From NCBI GenBank assembly GCA_963924565.1, contig OZ004611.1:22568001-22632000 (forward strand): a stretch of 64,000 nucleotides of DNA, in the 5' to 3' direction. Each line of letters opens with the position of its first letter. The stretch's first letter is position 1. A program made the translations under genes and the position numbers. Positions 26,917 through 39,892 of the stretch are shown here, one piece after another. This stretch comes from Ascidiella aspersa (taxonomy: Eukaryota). The notes beneath the pieces are model-generated. The model saw only the letters and a program-made list of their open reading frames with translations, did not search any database and had not been told where the DNA came from.

Positions 26917-29900
26917 TTAGACGGTTGGTTCGGTGTATGGTACAACAGACACTTGGTAGTCTGGGAATCGGTTCATCGACATGTCGATGACAAACTCTGC
27001 CTGACCATTGCCGGTCTGACGTTCAATGTCGTTTTGCGTAAAGGTGTACTGGCTGCTGGACACCTTCTTGGAAACGGAGCCGAACCAGACCTGCAAAAAG
27101 TTAAAATGATTGTTATATTGTTGCACCGATTTTATCGTTTGTGTGTGCGTTATTGTTTATCAGCTTTATCGTTCGTACGCGTGTATTCGTTTTCCTCTTT
27201 CTTTCTCACTCACGTAAATTTTATCGCTTTTCCACTTTTGCACCTCACCTTTCACGCTTTATTTCTTATCTTATCACGTTTCCATTGGCACCTAATAATT
27301 AGTTTTTACTGTCGCTTATGTTAACACAATTAAACGACAGCCAATGAAGACGTTAAGAAACATTTATTAATGACATGTCTCGACCATGATTTTTTGTTTG
27401 ATATAAGTGACGGCGCAAGTAGCCTGTACGAACTATCGTCTAGCGCTATAATTCAACTTGCTTTAGCGGCCAACGGCGAAAAATGTGGTGCTGATAAACG
27501 TTACCGTTATTGGAAAGGTGTCAAATGGTTAAAGAAAGCATAAGGGAATACGTCTATAGTTTGCAAACCCTTGGCGAACAAGCTTACCCAGACGGCGGCG
27601 ACAAGCCTATAAAAAATGAGGTTATGTATCTGGCTCTACTGCGCGGCTTGAGCTACAGAACACTCGCCACTGCAATTAGTAAGGACGCTTCAATAAAGCG
27701 CGACTTTACTAAAGCCGCGAAGATGGCTGTCCACGCAAGCATTGCGTGCCAGCCCTCACATAATGTAGGTCACATTAGCAATAATGCTACGACGGAGAGG
27801 GTTGCTGCCGGCCCCGTCTTTTCAGCTTTCCGAATGGAATTCCAACGCCAAATGGGGGATTTTATGGAAACGATCGACCATCTGCGACAAGAGGTAGCCG
27901 ACCTTCGCTCCGACCAATACCAACCACTGGACCGGAACTCCAGCAGGTTTGACCTTGGTGATTTACCTAAACAGTCTATCGTACAAATCGCATCTGGCCA
28001 AAGGCCTCATTCCTTTGTTAATATTATGACCGAAAACCTGCCAGTGTACGCCCGCCCTTGTTAATACGGGTTCAGCAGTTACCATCATTACGAGAAAAGT
28101 GTGGAACTGTTTGAAGGCTAAAGTTAAATGTAAACTGTCGAAGTGTCCCGAAACCCTGTCATTTGCCAACGCTGACGGCCACAAACTAAATATGGATGGT
28201 TTACTTCCAGTACAACTTACATGAGCTGCTAAGAGTTTAATATGAATGTTTTTGTTTGCGATTCTATTTTATTCGATTGCATTCTCGGTATAGATTTCCT
28301 AGAAACGCAGGAGTGCGCCGTTTGTTACCGTAACAAGATCTTGAAGACCGACAACAGCAGCGCACCTCTACTCGATATGCCATTCAACATGGGAAGCTTT
28401 CTAGAAGATAAAGTCCTGATCCCACCGTCCACAGAGGTTTGTGTTCCAGCCTATTTTATAGTTCTGAACGTCGCCCAGTACATATCCATTCTGTACTTAT
28501 TAAAGGAAAACCCGAGAAAATTGCTAAATATGGTGCAATGGTCGGGTCATATTTAACGACAACTGAAGGCTGTTTAGTCCATGGTGGAATAGCCAATTTG
28601 ACCGACGACGCAATCGAGCTGCCTGAAGGCACTCGGATTGCCACACTTTCACCCATTCTTATTTCCGGGGATGTTGCATGTATTCGAAGTGGTACTTGTG
28701 TCACAGTCGAGTCGTCAACACAACCATGTTATTGTAATGACCAGAGATGCGTGGCCTTTTCGTGTCCTACCCAACAGAGCGTCAGCTCCGTATACCCAAC
28801 TGAAGAAAACCTGGCGCACCTTTCAGGAGCATATGGAGCGATTGGAGGGCGTGATACAACGACTTGCCGACGCGGGCCTGACACTCAAGCCCCAGAAGTT
28901 CGCATGGTCGGACGAGTGTCAGACAAGCTTTGCCAAACTAAAATCGTCTTTGATAAGATCACCAGTTCTTCGCTACCCTGATTTCCAGAAGCCTTTCTTA
29001 TTAGACACCGACGCGTCTGAATTTGCTATTGGATGCGTGTTAGCGCAGTGGCACGAGGGAAAAGAACACGTAATAGCCAATGGCAGCAGAACTTCAACTA
29101 AAACAGAACGAAATTATTCTACCACTCGCAAAGAATTAATAGCGGTCGTTCATGCCACCAAGTTATTTCGCTGCTACCTGCTAGGCCAAGCATTCACTTT
29201 GCGCACTGACCACGCTTCTCTTAAGTGGCTATATCAGTCCAAGGACCTCTATGACCAGTGTGCCCCATCGGTCGAGCAACTGTCGCAATACGATTTTAAT
29301 CTAGTACATCGTCCTGGTGTCAAAAATAAAAATGCAGACGCTCTTAGTCGAATAGGGGAAGACCAGTTAACCGATGCGCCGAAAATTGCCACTATCGATG
29401 TTCGTGCCTCTAGTGGTTTGACAATGGGTGAGATTGCACAAACACAGGAGCAAGACCCAGAAATAGCTCCAGCTTTTCAATGGTTAAGCTAAGGACACAG
29501 ACCCCCATACAACGCTGTGTCAAATACATCACGTAAGACCAGGCACTTATGGAGTCACATGGCCAATTGAACTTAGAAACGGGGTCATTCATTTCTACGA
29601 CCAGGATAAAACACTTTTAAGACTTGTAACTCCGCGTGAAATAAGGCCCCAAATCTTCGATTTACTTCACGATGCAAAGCTAGGCGGTGGTCATCTTGGT
29701 ATTCGTAAAACATGCGCCAAGGTCGCTGAACGACACTTCTGGCCAGGCTGGCGCGAGGAGACTGAGCGGTATTGCATGGAATGTCGTGAGTGCGAGTTGA
29801 ACAAGAAACCCTCAAAAACACCAAAAGCCCCTTGGTACCATCTTGAGAAGAAGGTCCTTTAGAAAGGGTAGAAGTGGACATCATGGGGCCGTTACCTTTA

Positions 29901-32900
29901 ACACTCCACGGGTCCTTGTTGCTTGTAATGTGTTTACTAAATATGTCCGAGCTTGGCCCTTTCGTACACAAACAGCAACCGAAACCGCCAGCGAATTGTT
30001 CAACCGCTGGATGACAGTTCACGGAGTTCCCGACATCATCCATTCAGATCGTGGCGGGAATTTTAAAAGCAAGATGTTTAAGGAGTTGCTTCAGCTGATG
30101 GGTTGCGGTAAGTCACGCACGACTAGTTAGCATCCCGCCTGCAACGGAGGTGTTGAACGAAACAACAGGACGATAGTTTCGATGATTCGAAATTACGTTC
30201 AAAAAGATGAACACTCCTGGGATGAAGCACTGTTTGCTGTTGTCGCGTCGTATAATGCGAGTACCCACAAAGTACGGGATTTTCACCACATTTCTTGTTA
30301 ACAGGTCGACAATTGCGGCTACCTGCGGACTTGGTTGGAGCAGGGTCCGAAGAGTCGCATTTCCTAAACGACAACATCAAGAGCCTTTACGACCGACTTG
30401 TTCGTACCGAAGATCTTGTTCGGACTACCCTCGTCAAGCAGCGACAGCAAATGGAGGCGCATTTCAACAGAAACGCAGATGACACCGCATTTAACGTTGG
30501 CGACTCGGTTTTACTAAGGGATAACGTAGTCCCTGTAGGGTCAAACCGAAAATTTCATTTTCCCTATGCAGGCCGGCAAGTGCGACCACCGGCAAAGTAT
30601 TTGATAGAAGCGGCCAACGGACGACAACAGAACGTCCATCGAAACCGTTTGAAGCGCAGCCGTGTAAATTACACACAACAAAATCAACAGGAGGAAGACG
30701 AAGAATAGACCTGAAGAACAAACATCGAAGCACCCAACCGACATCGGATTTCGCCTCACCATGACTACAACGCCACGTTCACCTGAAACACAACCACAAC
30801 CAACGACTGAATGCACCAACCAACAACTCGCGAGTGACGTGAATCACAGCACAAGCCCCGGTCTGATGCCCGATGGCACCAGCGTTGTTTCCACCAGACC
30901 GAGGCGTTCAAGAAAAACGACACGCTTTTACCCCAACATGGAGACCTTCCATCAACATTGTTGCCTTCTCACTCACGTAAATTATATCGTTATTCCACTT
31001 TTGCACCTCACCTTTCACGGTTTATTCCTTATATTATCACGTTTTCCGTTGGCACCTAATAATTAGTTACGTTTGACAAACACACACCTTTTTTCTCTCG
31101 TTGTAGTGATTGACGTTCCCGAAAACAAATGGGGGCAGTCGCGTTTTGGGGATAAGTAGAAACCCTGGGAATTTACGTTGTTGTCACTTTTTAGGCGTTG
31201 GCAGCTTTTCGTTGTTTTAGTGTTTTAGTATTTTACTGTCGCTTATTTTAATACAATTAAAAGACACGCGTTGTAGCGCTTGGCAGTCGACAGGCCGTTA
31301 AGTAGAGCTCTGGAATAGTTTGGCGTAACAATAACACGCGGATTTTCGAAGGTTGGGCAATGTCCGACCGAGTTGACATAAATTATAGACATACATTATA
31401 AATATTTTTTCGACTCTTTTCTTGGTGAAGACAATGTTTCACGTTTTAGACGATCATTTTACAGGCTGCGATCATAACTGAAGCCAAAGGTAAACGAAAT
31501 ACTCACATTGATGCTCTTGATTGATTGTGGGAAGGTTACAGTGACGGCATTGACACCAGTCGGGAAGTACAACTTTCCTTGTGCGCCGTTGTGCCAGGTT
31601 CGACTGAACACTACGAAGCCTTCAGAGCGAGCTGCAAGTAACAAGAAATGGGTTTAATCTTGTGCGAGTCTTAAGCTTGCAATTGGAAAATAGAAAAGCC
31701 CGACAAAGTGTTTGCCAACAATATATAGGTACAGACCCGATTCCTATTTCATACAGATATTTGATTTATTAGCAAAGCGATTTGCACGAGAGCCCGCATA
31801 TATTTTTCTACAGTGATGTAACGCTTAACCAAAGACCCAAAAAAGTTTTCTTTAGGTACAAAATCGACATTTTACCTTTTCAATGGTTGTTTTTATCACT
31901 TCTCACCCTCACCAGAGCCGTTTAACAAATTTATAAAATAACCAAGTAATAAGGTCAATTAAAAGATTTGAGCATAATGTTTGGGGGTTGCAATAGGACG
32001 TAATAAGAACATCAAATCCCATATAGAAGTAAGTAGCCTTATGTAAATGTTTTAAATAAATCTTAAGATAACGGCTAGGGGTTGTAGGTAGTTAGATGTA
32101 GAACAAACATCAAAGCCCATACATAAGTATCATTTTGAACGTTTCGAATAACTTTTTATTCATTTTCAACATTACAAAGACGAAATCGAACTCACGAATT
32201 TCGCAGATGGCCATCCTGCTGTTTGCGCACGAGCTGGTGTAGAGCATGTTATCAATGTAGCCGCAGTCTCCTGCTCCTGGCTGTTCAGGTGCCCAGCCGG
32301 CGGTGTAGGTGAACACGGTACCGTCGGAGTTGTCGAAAACACCCTCCTCGGCGCGATCGGACAGACCTGGGGTGTGCAAAAGAGTAACGTGCAGGCCCAA
32401 TGATATTGCCAAAAGTAGTTTGGTCGCAGAATTATGCCGTTGCCTCAATTATTCACGGATTAATTATAGTTAACTGTTTGACAAACTTCGCAAAATAGTT
32501 CGACGAAAATGCCCTCATTATCGCGATCAGTCAAACCTGTTGTGTGCAAAAGATTGACGTCAGGCCCATGGATATCGCCAAAAGTCGTTTCGCCTCAGAA
32601 TTATGTCGTGGCCTTAATCTCGGGCGGATTACTCAGTTAACTGTTTGACAAACTTTGCAAAATGATTTGTTTTGTGGTTCGTTTTGTTAGGCCCTTTTTC
32701 GACTGTTTGCAATTTTATGACCACAAACGAACAGCCATTCAGTTATTACGTTAATGGGAAAGCACACCCACATCAAACTATACCTTAAAACTCTAGTCGA
32801 CGAGCCTTTAGGTTCCCACTTCGAAAAAGCTAGACAAGGAAAACTAATAGAGTTAGCTCCACCAGGCAACATACAATAGATAGAAATCGCTCTTCTGGTC

Positions 32901-34260
32901 TATAGCGATTTCTATCTAAGGAAAACTAATATGTCCATCTTTGCGGCCATTACAAACCTTAAAACGCAAAAACTGCCGAAACGTGTAATCGCTTTCTTAC
33001 CGATCCATTTTTCGCCTCCGTAGTTACTCGCGACGATATTCCTGACTCCACCGTCTTGGACAACAACCAGACGGCCTCCGTTGACGACACAATCAACCTC
33101 AGCCTCCTCGTAAGAGCTCGGTTCGTTGGTGGCGTGCATGCAGCTGTGTCCGTACGCCATGTATCCCGCCGGGCAATCGGCAACTGAGTGGAAAAAAAGT
33201 GGGATTTAACACCTTTATTGCTGATTTTAATCGTTGTTGCGTTACCCAATCCTGACGTTTTTACGTCGTTTTCAGTTCCATCTTATTTTTTTCAAATGTT
33301 TGTGCAGCTTTTGCCATTTAAGCAAAGCCTAAATATTTTATTACAAACAAAGTGCATTTGTAACTTTGGTTTGGTAACCTCGAGTTTAAATTAATTGAAT
33401 GCGGTTACACTGAACTTTAGTAATGAGTTTACTATTGTTGCTGGTCAGTAAGACTTGAGACTGATTAGATCTTCCGTTAATTCTTTAGACTGCATGTGGG
33501 AATGCAACAAGAATGAACACCGTTAGGGAATTAAGCTCTATATACCCTGCGCACCGTTTTTTTTGGTCACGTTAAACAGATCACTGCCACCCATTTGGGA
33601 TCTGAAACAGTTGACAAAGCATGTTTACGAAAACACCAAAAAAGAGCCACACTGATTCTTACCTGACGGTCGTTTAACGCATGTTTGTCTGTCATCCGTC
33701 AGGAAATAATCTTCGGGGCATTGACAAAAGGGTCCTTCACTAGTGTCAACACAATCGTGCGAGCAGTTGAAATTCATGCAACCGCTGGCTTCGGCGGCCG
33801 ATGTTAGTACCGAAAAAAAGGGACAGAATTCAAATTAGGTCACCAAAACATATAGGCAGCGAATACAAGAAGCGATATAACAAAAGCTCTGATTAAAGTA
33901 GATGGCCTGTAAACATCTGAAAACAACCACTTACAGTGCGCACTGCGTCATTTTGTTTTTTTTTATGCTTCGCCATTAATAATTTTATTTTACAGTAATG
34001 CTGTTTATATTTAGGAGAAAAACAATGTTGATTGAATTACATTAAGCTTTTACTGTAAACATGTTTTTCACAAAAGTGACTAAACAGTAACAAGATAAAA
34101 GTTAGTGGCGCCTGGTAGAACGAAGAACTTTCATAATATAACGGTTCTTAATTAGGCTATTGCCTAAATTGTTTAGCAAGGTTTCAAGCGTCGTATACCT
34201 ACCGGCTTGTGAAACGGCTAGAAAAACAAGAATAGACAGAGTACTGGTAATGTGTTTCAT
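26917..34260 (-). CDS. Gene C (putative chimeric gene): signal peptide-C-type lectin fold-CBM2-like domain, 236 aa, 5 exons
   Basis: Exon 34260-34203 (MKHITSTLSILVFLAVSQA, copy of B exon 1, phase-1 donor intact) is phase compatible with 33183-33001 and 32366-32196 (CTL: [14 protein letters not shown]...GGRL..WIGLSD..W...QPGAGDC..C....AICE), then 31631-31507 and 27090-26917 (copies of D's last two exons). Total 711 nt, no stops, splice sites intact. Expression is unknown. Confidence 0.6.
27111..31336 (+). mobile_element. Degenerate Ty3/Gypsy LTR retrotransposon in the last intron of gene C, antisense to the host
   Basis: gag-like ORF 27510-28064; protease remnant ALVNTGSAVTII (~28054-28090); RT largely deleted; RNase H LDTDASEFAIGCVL..RNYSTTRKEL..TDHASL (28638-29492); integrase remnants (VEVDIMGPLP, IHSDRGGNF) with stops and frameshifts; order RH before IN. 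Terminal direct repeats ~27200-27340 and ~30966-31270; TGTTAT...ATAACA ends. Absent from the paralogous intron of D. No clear TSD, so boundaries are approximate. Confidence 0.9.
33476..33949 (-). pseudogene. Inactivated B-derived exons inside gene C (microexon, EGF exon, first CBM-like exon)
   Basis: Microexon 33949-33935 acceptor AG>AT; EGF exon 33809-33663 acceptor AG>GG; exon 33601-33476 has the conserved Trp TGG>TGA (33567-33569), frameshifts and donor GTAAG>GGAAG, all relative to gene B. Confidence 0.85.
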
Positions 34261-34770
34261 TTTTATGAACATGTGTTACACCAAGCGTCAGTGTTTTACG
34301 TCTGCAATTGTACAATATTTAATATAATGTATATAGTTCTATTTCCATGCTTAACTTCCACACAAATAAATCTACAAATGCCACATTCATTAGGTCAGTC
34401 ATCGATATCTAATGCCTGCTCTGTTTTTTAATATTTATCCCTGATCCTATTTAGTAATATCTATTTTCGTCGAATTGAATAACTAAAATTGCGAAACACG
34501 AGCCAGCATACTCGGACAGGCACCTGTGGTGCAATTTATTTACAACAAATAAATTACATATGTCTTCCTTAATAAGTCAGCCATTAGACGTTTAATGCTT
34601 AAACCTGTTATGCGCTCAACAAAAGTAAACAACACTTTGTGTATTTCATATTCGTTTTGGGCATTCTGGACACGACGAATTGATAGAAATTACCAACGAC
34701 TGGTTGTAAAGACGGACATTAATTCGGCAAAGTGTCATCGTGCCATGGGACTCTGTACCTCTGTCTTGAG

Positions 34771-35440
34771 CAGGGGCGGCAACATACGGCCCTCGACGGG
34801 ATTTTGAGCGGCCTGCACACAGTTTTCGGTTGAGGCCCGCGGCCACATTCTGCCACAAATAATAGTGATTGCTAGTTATTCTTTAGGTTCTTTGTTTTGT
34901 GTTAACATAAATATTTAGAATTTACAATATATACTTCCCATGGATTTGCTAAGAAACGTAAGTTTGACGAAGAGTGTCGCGAATTTAACAAGGATTGGAT
35001 GAAAAAAAAAACTTTTTCACTCAAGTCGTCAATAATCAGAATTTTCGTTCGAATGACAAACTCTGCCTGAATCCGAATGGTGAAAACAAACGATTATGGT
35101 TGCACATCAATCATAAAGAATGTTTGGATGTTATAAGATGAATATATGTCGCTACTAAATACATGATTAGTATTGATGCTTTTAGGAACGAAATATTGTT
35201 ATCTTATAACATTCAAACATACTGATTTTTGGTTTACCAAGTTCTGTACTTAGTTTGTTTTTACGTCGGGAAGAAAGCAGTATGTTTGATGTGCAATAAA
35301 AGTGTTGCCGTGTTTAAATAGTACAACTTTAGCCGCAATTATGCGCCAAAACATGCAGGCTTTGGCAGTACCTAATCCGGCCCGCCAGTACTTTATTTTG
35401 CCTTATTTGGCCCGCCGACCGGAAAAGTTGCCCGCCCCTG
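34771..35440 (+). mobile_element. Internally deleted Buster/SPIN-like hAT element with transposase N-terminal remnant
   Basis: TIRs CAGGGGCGGCAAC / GTTGCCCGCCCCTG, perfect TSD gtcttgag; translates to KKRKFDEECREFNKDW..FFTQV (~34950-35030) and VGKKAVCLMCNKSVAVFK*YNFSRNYAPKH (~35265-35355), typical of the SPIN/GTF2IRD2-type BED-finger region. Confidence 0.8.
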
Positions 35441-36404
35441 GTCTTGAGGTATTTGCCAAACGACATTCCTGTTATATTCTATTTATCGCCTTCTTGTCTT
35501 GTCTGCTTCTATGCTCTGTATCTACTGTCTTCGTAAAAACCAAAACTGACCTTCTCTGGTCTAACTTGCTTCCCCCCAACTCGACCTTATGCGATGGAAT
35601 AAACTATTTAAGCTAACAGTACACCCTGTAATCGGCAATATTCGTCATGATATGCCCTGCATAATGACTTAAGACGAGATCTGAACACGCTGAACGCAAC
35701 TGGAAACATCAATAAAACAACATATGTACAAAAAGCTTGTATTTTTGGATTCAAGATCACAATAAAATACTTTTAACCAGGGCTGCGGAGTCGGTTAAAA
35801 ATAACCCGAGTCCGACTCCGGTCAAAAAAATAAACCCGAGTCCGACTCCGGTCAAATGAGCGATTTTGTCGAGTCCCGAGTCCGGCCTGCATTTCACCAA
35901 TTTACGTAACTAGAATAACGTGGATATTCAGCAATCCACTTATAGGGGTGTCGTATAATTCATTCACTCAAAATACATGGTTGGAAAATATTCTACCAAA
36001 TGCTATTTCGCATTTACAATTTCCATTTGGCGGCCGTTTCAGTTTTTAAATTTGGTACTGCGCATGTGCATTTCGGACTCGGGACTCGGGTAGCTTTGCA
36101 ACGTCTTACTCGAGTTCAGACTCCCGAGTCCGACTCCGGCAAAAACAAACCGACTCCTCGAGTCCCGAGTCTAAGCCCATCTTAATGGTGTGTAATTTGT
36201 AATCTTACTAATTGTATATCCTTATCTTTTTTTATTTTACTTTTTGTCTGACAAAAAGTTAGAATAGCCACGCAAGACTCTTAAATCAAGGAATATTTTA
36301 GTGCTAAGCAACAACCACTTGTGTGTTATTACTTTGCCACGTTTAAAACGAGTTGAGTATTCTATTTTCTAGTGGCCTGCTTGATGTTTTTTCTTACTTT
36401 AGCC

Positions 36405-37284
36405 CAGGGTTTTTCAACCGTGGCGCTCGGCCCCCCTGGGGGGCCACGGAGCGGTCATTGGGGGACCACGGGCAACTCTCTAGCTAGGTAGGTTTGCAAA
36501 ACCAAACTGCCACCTTTTTGAATTTGCCAGTTGATAACTGAATCCTTACTTAACGTTTTCTAACACTTGTTTCTGGCAGGTTCTTTGACTCATCAGTAAC
36601 GATGTAGAATGTTGGATAATTTCTTTGTTCGTTTTATTGCGGAAAGTTACGCCTAAGAGTACGCACGCGAGTGGCAAGTTTGAATAAAGGCCCGTCGCTG
36701 TGGCGAAACGATTACTGTGCTGCTTTATAAGCAGCCAAATAGTGCGGGGTCAGCGTTTCTTTGGACGCCCAATTACTTGAATCATCAAGTGTCTGTCAAA
36801 AGCTGCTAGGCGAGAAAATAATGTGCGTAATGTCGGGTGCAGAGATCTGGCAATTTCCTTAAAGTGCGTTATGTTGCAAAAGAAACTTTCCAGGGTATAT
36901 AACGCACCAAGTACGCTGCAGGGTTACTCAAAGTTAATTTTAGGCCAAAATTTAGTGGATTTTGCACAGCGTATTTGTCAAGTAATAGTAATGCATTCAC
37001 AAAACAAAAATCGGGCAATTATCTCGACAAATGTAGTCACATTTAACACAAAAAACCTTGGCGGAGTTTAAGAACAAGCTTGTACTGACTAACTACGTTA
37101 TAATTTAAATTAAAATGACTGATTTGTTAATTTGTTTAAAGCAAGTGCATTTATTCGTTGATTAATGGATTTGTTATTAACGTAAAGAAGTGAAACAAGT
37201 GAAAATAGTAAATTTTTGCAGGGGGGGCACCAGGATCGAGAGCCTTAAAAAGGGGCCACGAAGCAAAAAGTTTGAGAACCACTG
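36405..37284. mobile_element. hAT-type non-autonomous element (copy 1 within the 2.6-kb duplication)
   Basis: CAGGGTTTTTCAAC ... TTTGAGAACCACTG, TSD ctttagcc/ctttaacc. Confidence 0.75.
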
Positions 37285-38949
37285 CTTTAACCAAGGGCAA
37301 AACCAGCTGACGAAGGAGATTTATCCCAGAATAATAACTCCTCGTAAACAGAATGTATTTTTTGTATATTGCGTTTACCTGCACAAGGCAATAACGCCCT
37401 GTCAGCAGAAACGTGTATCGCGTTTACCTGCACAAGGCAATAACGCCCTGTCAGCAGAAACGTGTTTATGCTTTAAATGTTCTAGGGCCTGGAAACCGCT
37501 ATATACGTTGAGACTTGGTCGTGTGCAAAGCGAACCACTTGCGTGATATTATTTGTCACATTTAAAACGAGTTGAGTATTCTGGTTTCTGGTAGCCTGCT
37601 TGTTGTTTTATTTTACTTCAGCCCAGTGGTTGTCAAAACATTTTTAGCTTGCATCACACTAAAAAAAGCTTATTATTCGCGGTGCACTTTTAACAAAACA
37701 ACAATATGGTAACTTTACAAATCGTTTCGCTACTAAATACATGATTAGTATTGATGCTTTTAGGAACGAAATATTGTTATCTTATAACATTCAAACATAC
37801 TGATTTTTGGTTTACCAAGTTCTGTACTTAGTTTGTTTTTACGTCGGGGAGAAAGCAGTATGTTTGATGTGCAATAAAAGTGTTGCCGTGTTTAAATAGT
37901 ACAACTTTAGCCGAAATTATGCGCCAAAACATGCAGGCTTTGGCAGTACCTAATCCGGCCCGCCAAGTACTTTATTTTGCCTTATCTGGCCCGCCGACCG
38001 GAAAAGTTGCCCGCCCCTGGTCTTGAGGTATCTGCCAAACGACATTCCTGTTATATTCTATTTATTGCCTTCTTGTCTTGTCTGCTTATATGCTCTGTAT
38101 CTACTGTCTTCGTAAAAACCAAAACTGACCTTCTCTGGTCTAATTTGCTTCCCCCAACTCGACCTTATGCGATGGAATAAACTATTTAAGCTAACAGTAC
38201 ACCCTGTAATCGGCAATATTCGTCATGATATGCCCTGCATAATGACTTAATACAAGATCTGAACACGCTGAACGCAACTGGAAACATCAATAAAACAACA
38301 TATGTACAAAAAACTTGTATTTTTTGGATTCAAGATCACAATAAAATACTTTTAACCAGGGCTGCGGAGTCGGTTAAAAATAACCCGAGTCCGACTCCGG
38401 TCAAATGAGCGATTTTGTCGAGTCCCGAGTCCGGCCTGCATTTCATCAATTTACGTAACTAGAATAACGTGGATATTCGGCAATCCACTTATAGGGGTGT
38501 CGTATAATTCATTCAAAATGCATGGTTGGAAAATATTCCACCAAATGCTATTTCGCCTTTACAATTTCCATTTGGCGGCCGTTTCAGTTTTAAAATTTGG
38601 TACTGCGCATGTGCATTTCGGACTCGGGACTCGGGTAGTTTTGCAACGTCTTACTCGAGTTCAGACTCCCGAGTCCGACTCCGGCAAAAACAAACCGACT
38701 CCTCGAGTCCCGAGTCTAAGCCCATCTTAATGGTGTGTAATTTGTAATCTTACTAATTGTATATCCTTATCTTTTTTTATTTTACTTTTTGTCTGACAAA
38801 AAGTTAGAATAGCCACGCAAGACTCTTAAATCAAGGAATATTTTAGTGCTAAGCAACAACCACTTGTGTGTTATTACTTTGCCACGTTTAAAACGAGTTG
38901 AGTATTCTATTTTCTAGTGGCCTGCTTGATGTTTTTTCTTACTTTAGCC

Positions 38950-39810
38950 CAGGGTTTTTCAACCGTGGCGCTCGGCCCCCCTGGGGGGCCACGGAGCGGT
39001 CATTGGGGGACCACGGGCAACTCTCTAGCTAGGTAGGTTTGCAAAACCAAACTGCCACCTTTTTCAATTTGCCAGTTGATAGCTGAATCCTTACTTAACG
39101 TTTTCTAACACTTGTTTCTGGCAGGTTCTTTGACTCATCAGTAAAGATGTTTAAAGTAGAATGTTGGATAATTTCTTTGTTCGTTTTATTGCGGAAAGTT
39201 ACGCCTAAGAGTACGCACGCGAGTGGCAAGTTTGAATAAAGGCCCGTCGCTGTGGCGAAACGATTACTGTGCTGCTTTATAAGCAGCCAAATAGTGCGGG
39301 GTCAGCGTTTCTTTGGACGCCCGAATACTTAAATCATCAAGTGTCTGTCAAAAGCTGCTAGGCGAGAAAATAATGTGCGTAATGTCGGGTGCAGAGATCT
39401 GGCAATTTCCTTAAAGTGCGTTAAGTTGTAACGCACAAAGTACGCTGCAGGGTTCAAAGTTAATTTTAGGCCCAAATTTAGTGGATTTTGCACAGCGTAT
39501 TTGTCAAGTAATAGTAATGCATTCACAAAACAAAAATCGGGCAATTATCTCGACAAATGTAGTCACATTTAACACAAAAAACCTTGGCGGAGTTTAAGAA
39601 CAAGCTTGTACTGACTAACTACGTTATAATTTAAATTAAAATGACTGATTTGTTAATTTGTTTAAAGCAAGTGCATTTATTCGTTGATTAATGGATTTGT
39701 TATTAACGTAAAGAAGTGAAACAAGTGAAAATAGTAAATTTTTGCAGGGGGGGCACCAGGATCGAGAGCCTTAAAAAGGGGCCACGAAGCAAAAAGTTTG
39801 AGAACCACTG
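38950..39810. mobile_element. hAT-type non-autonomous element (copy 2 within the 2.6-kb duplication)
   Basis: Same ends and TSD as 36405-37284. Confidence 0.75.
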
Positions 39811-39892
39811 CTTTAACCATGGGCAAAACCAGCTGACGAAGAAGATTTATCCCAGAATAATAACTCCTCGTAAACAGAATGTATTTTTTGTA

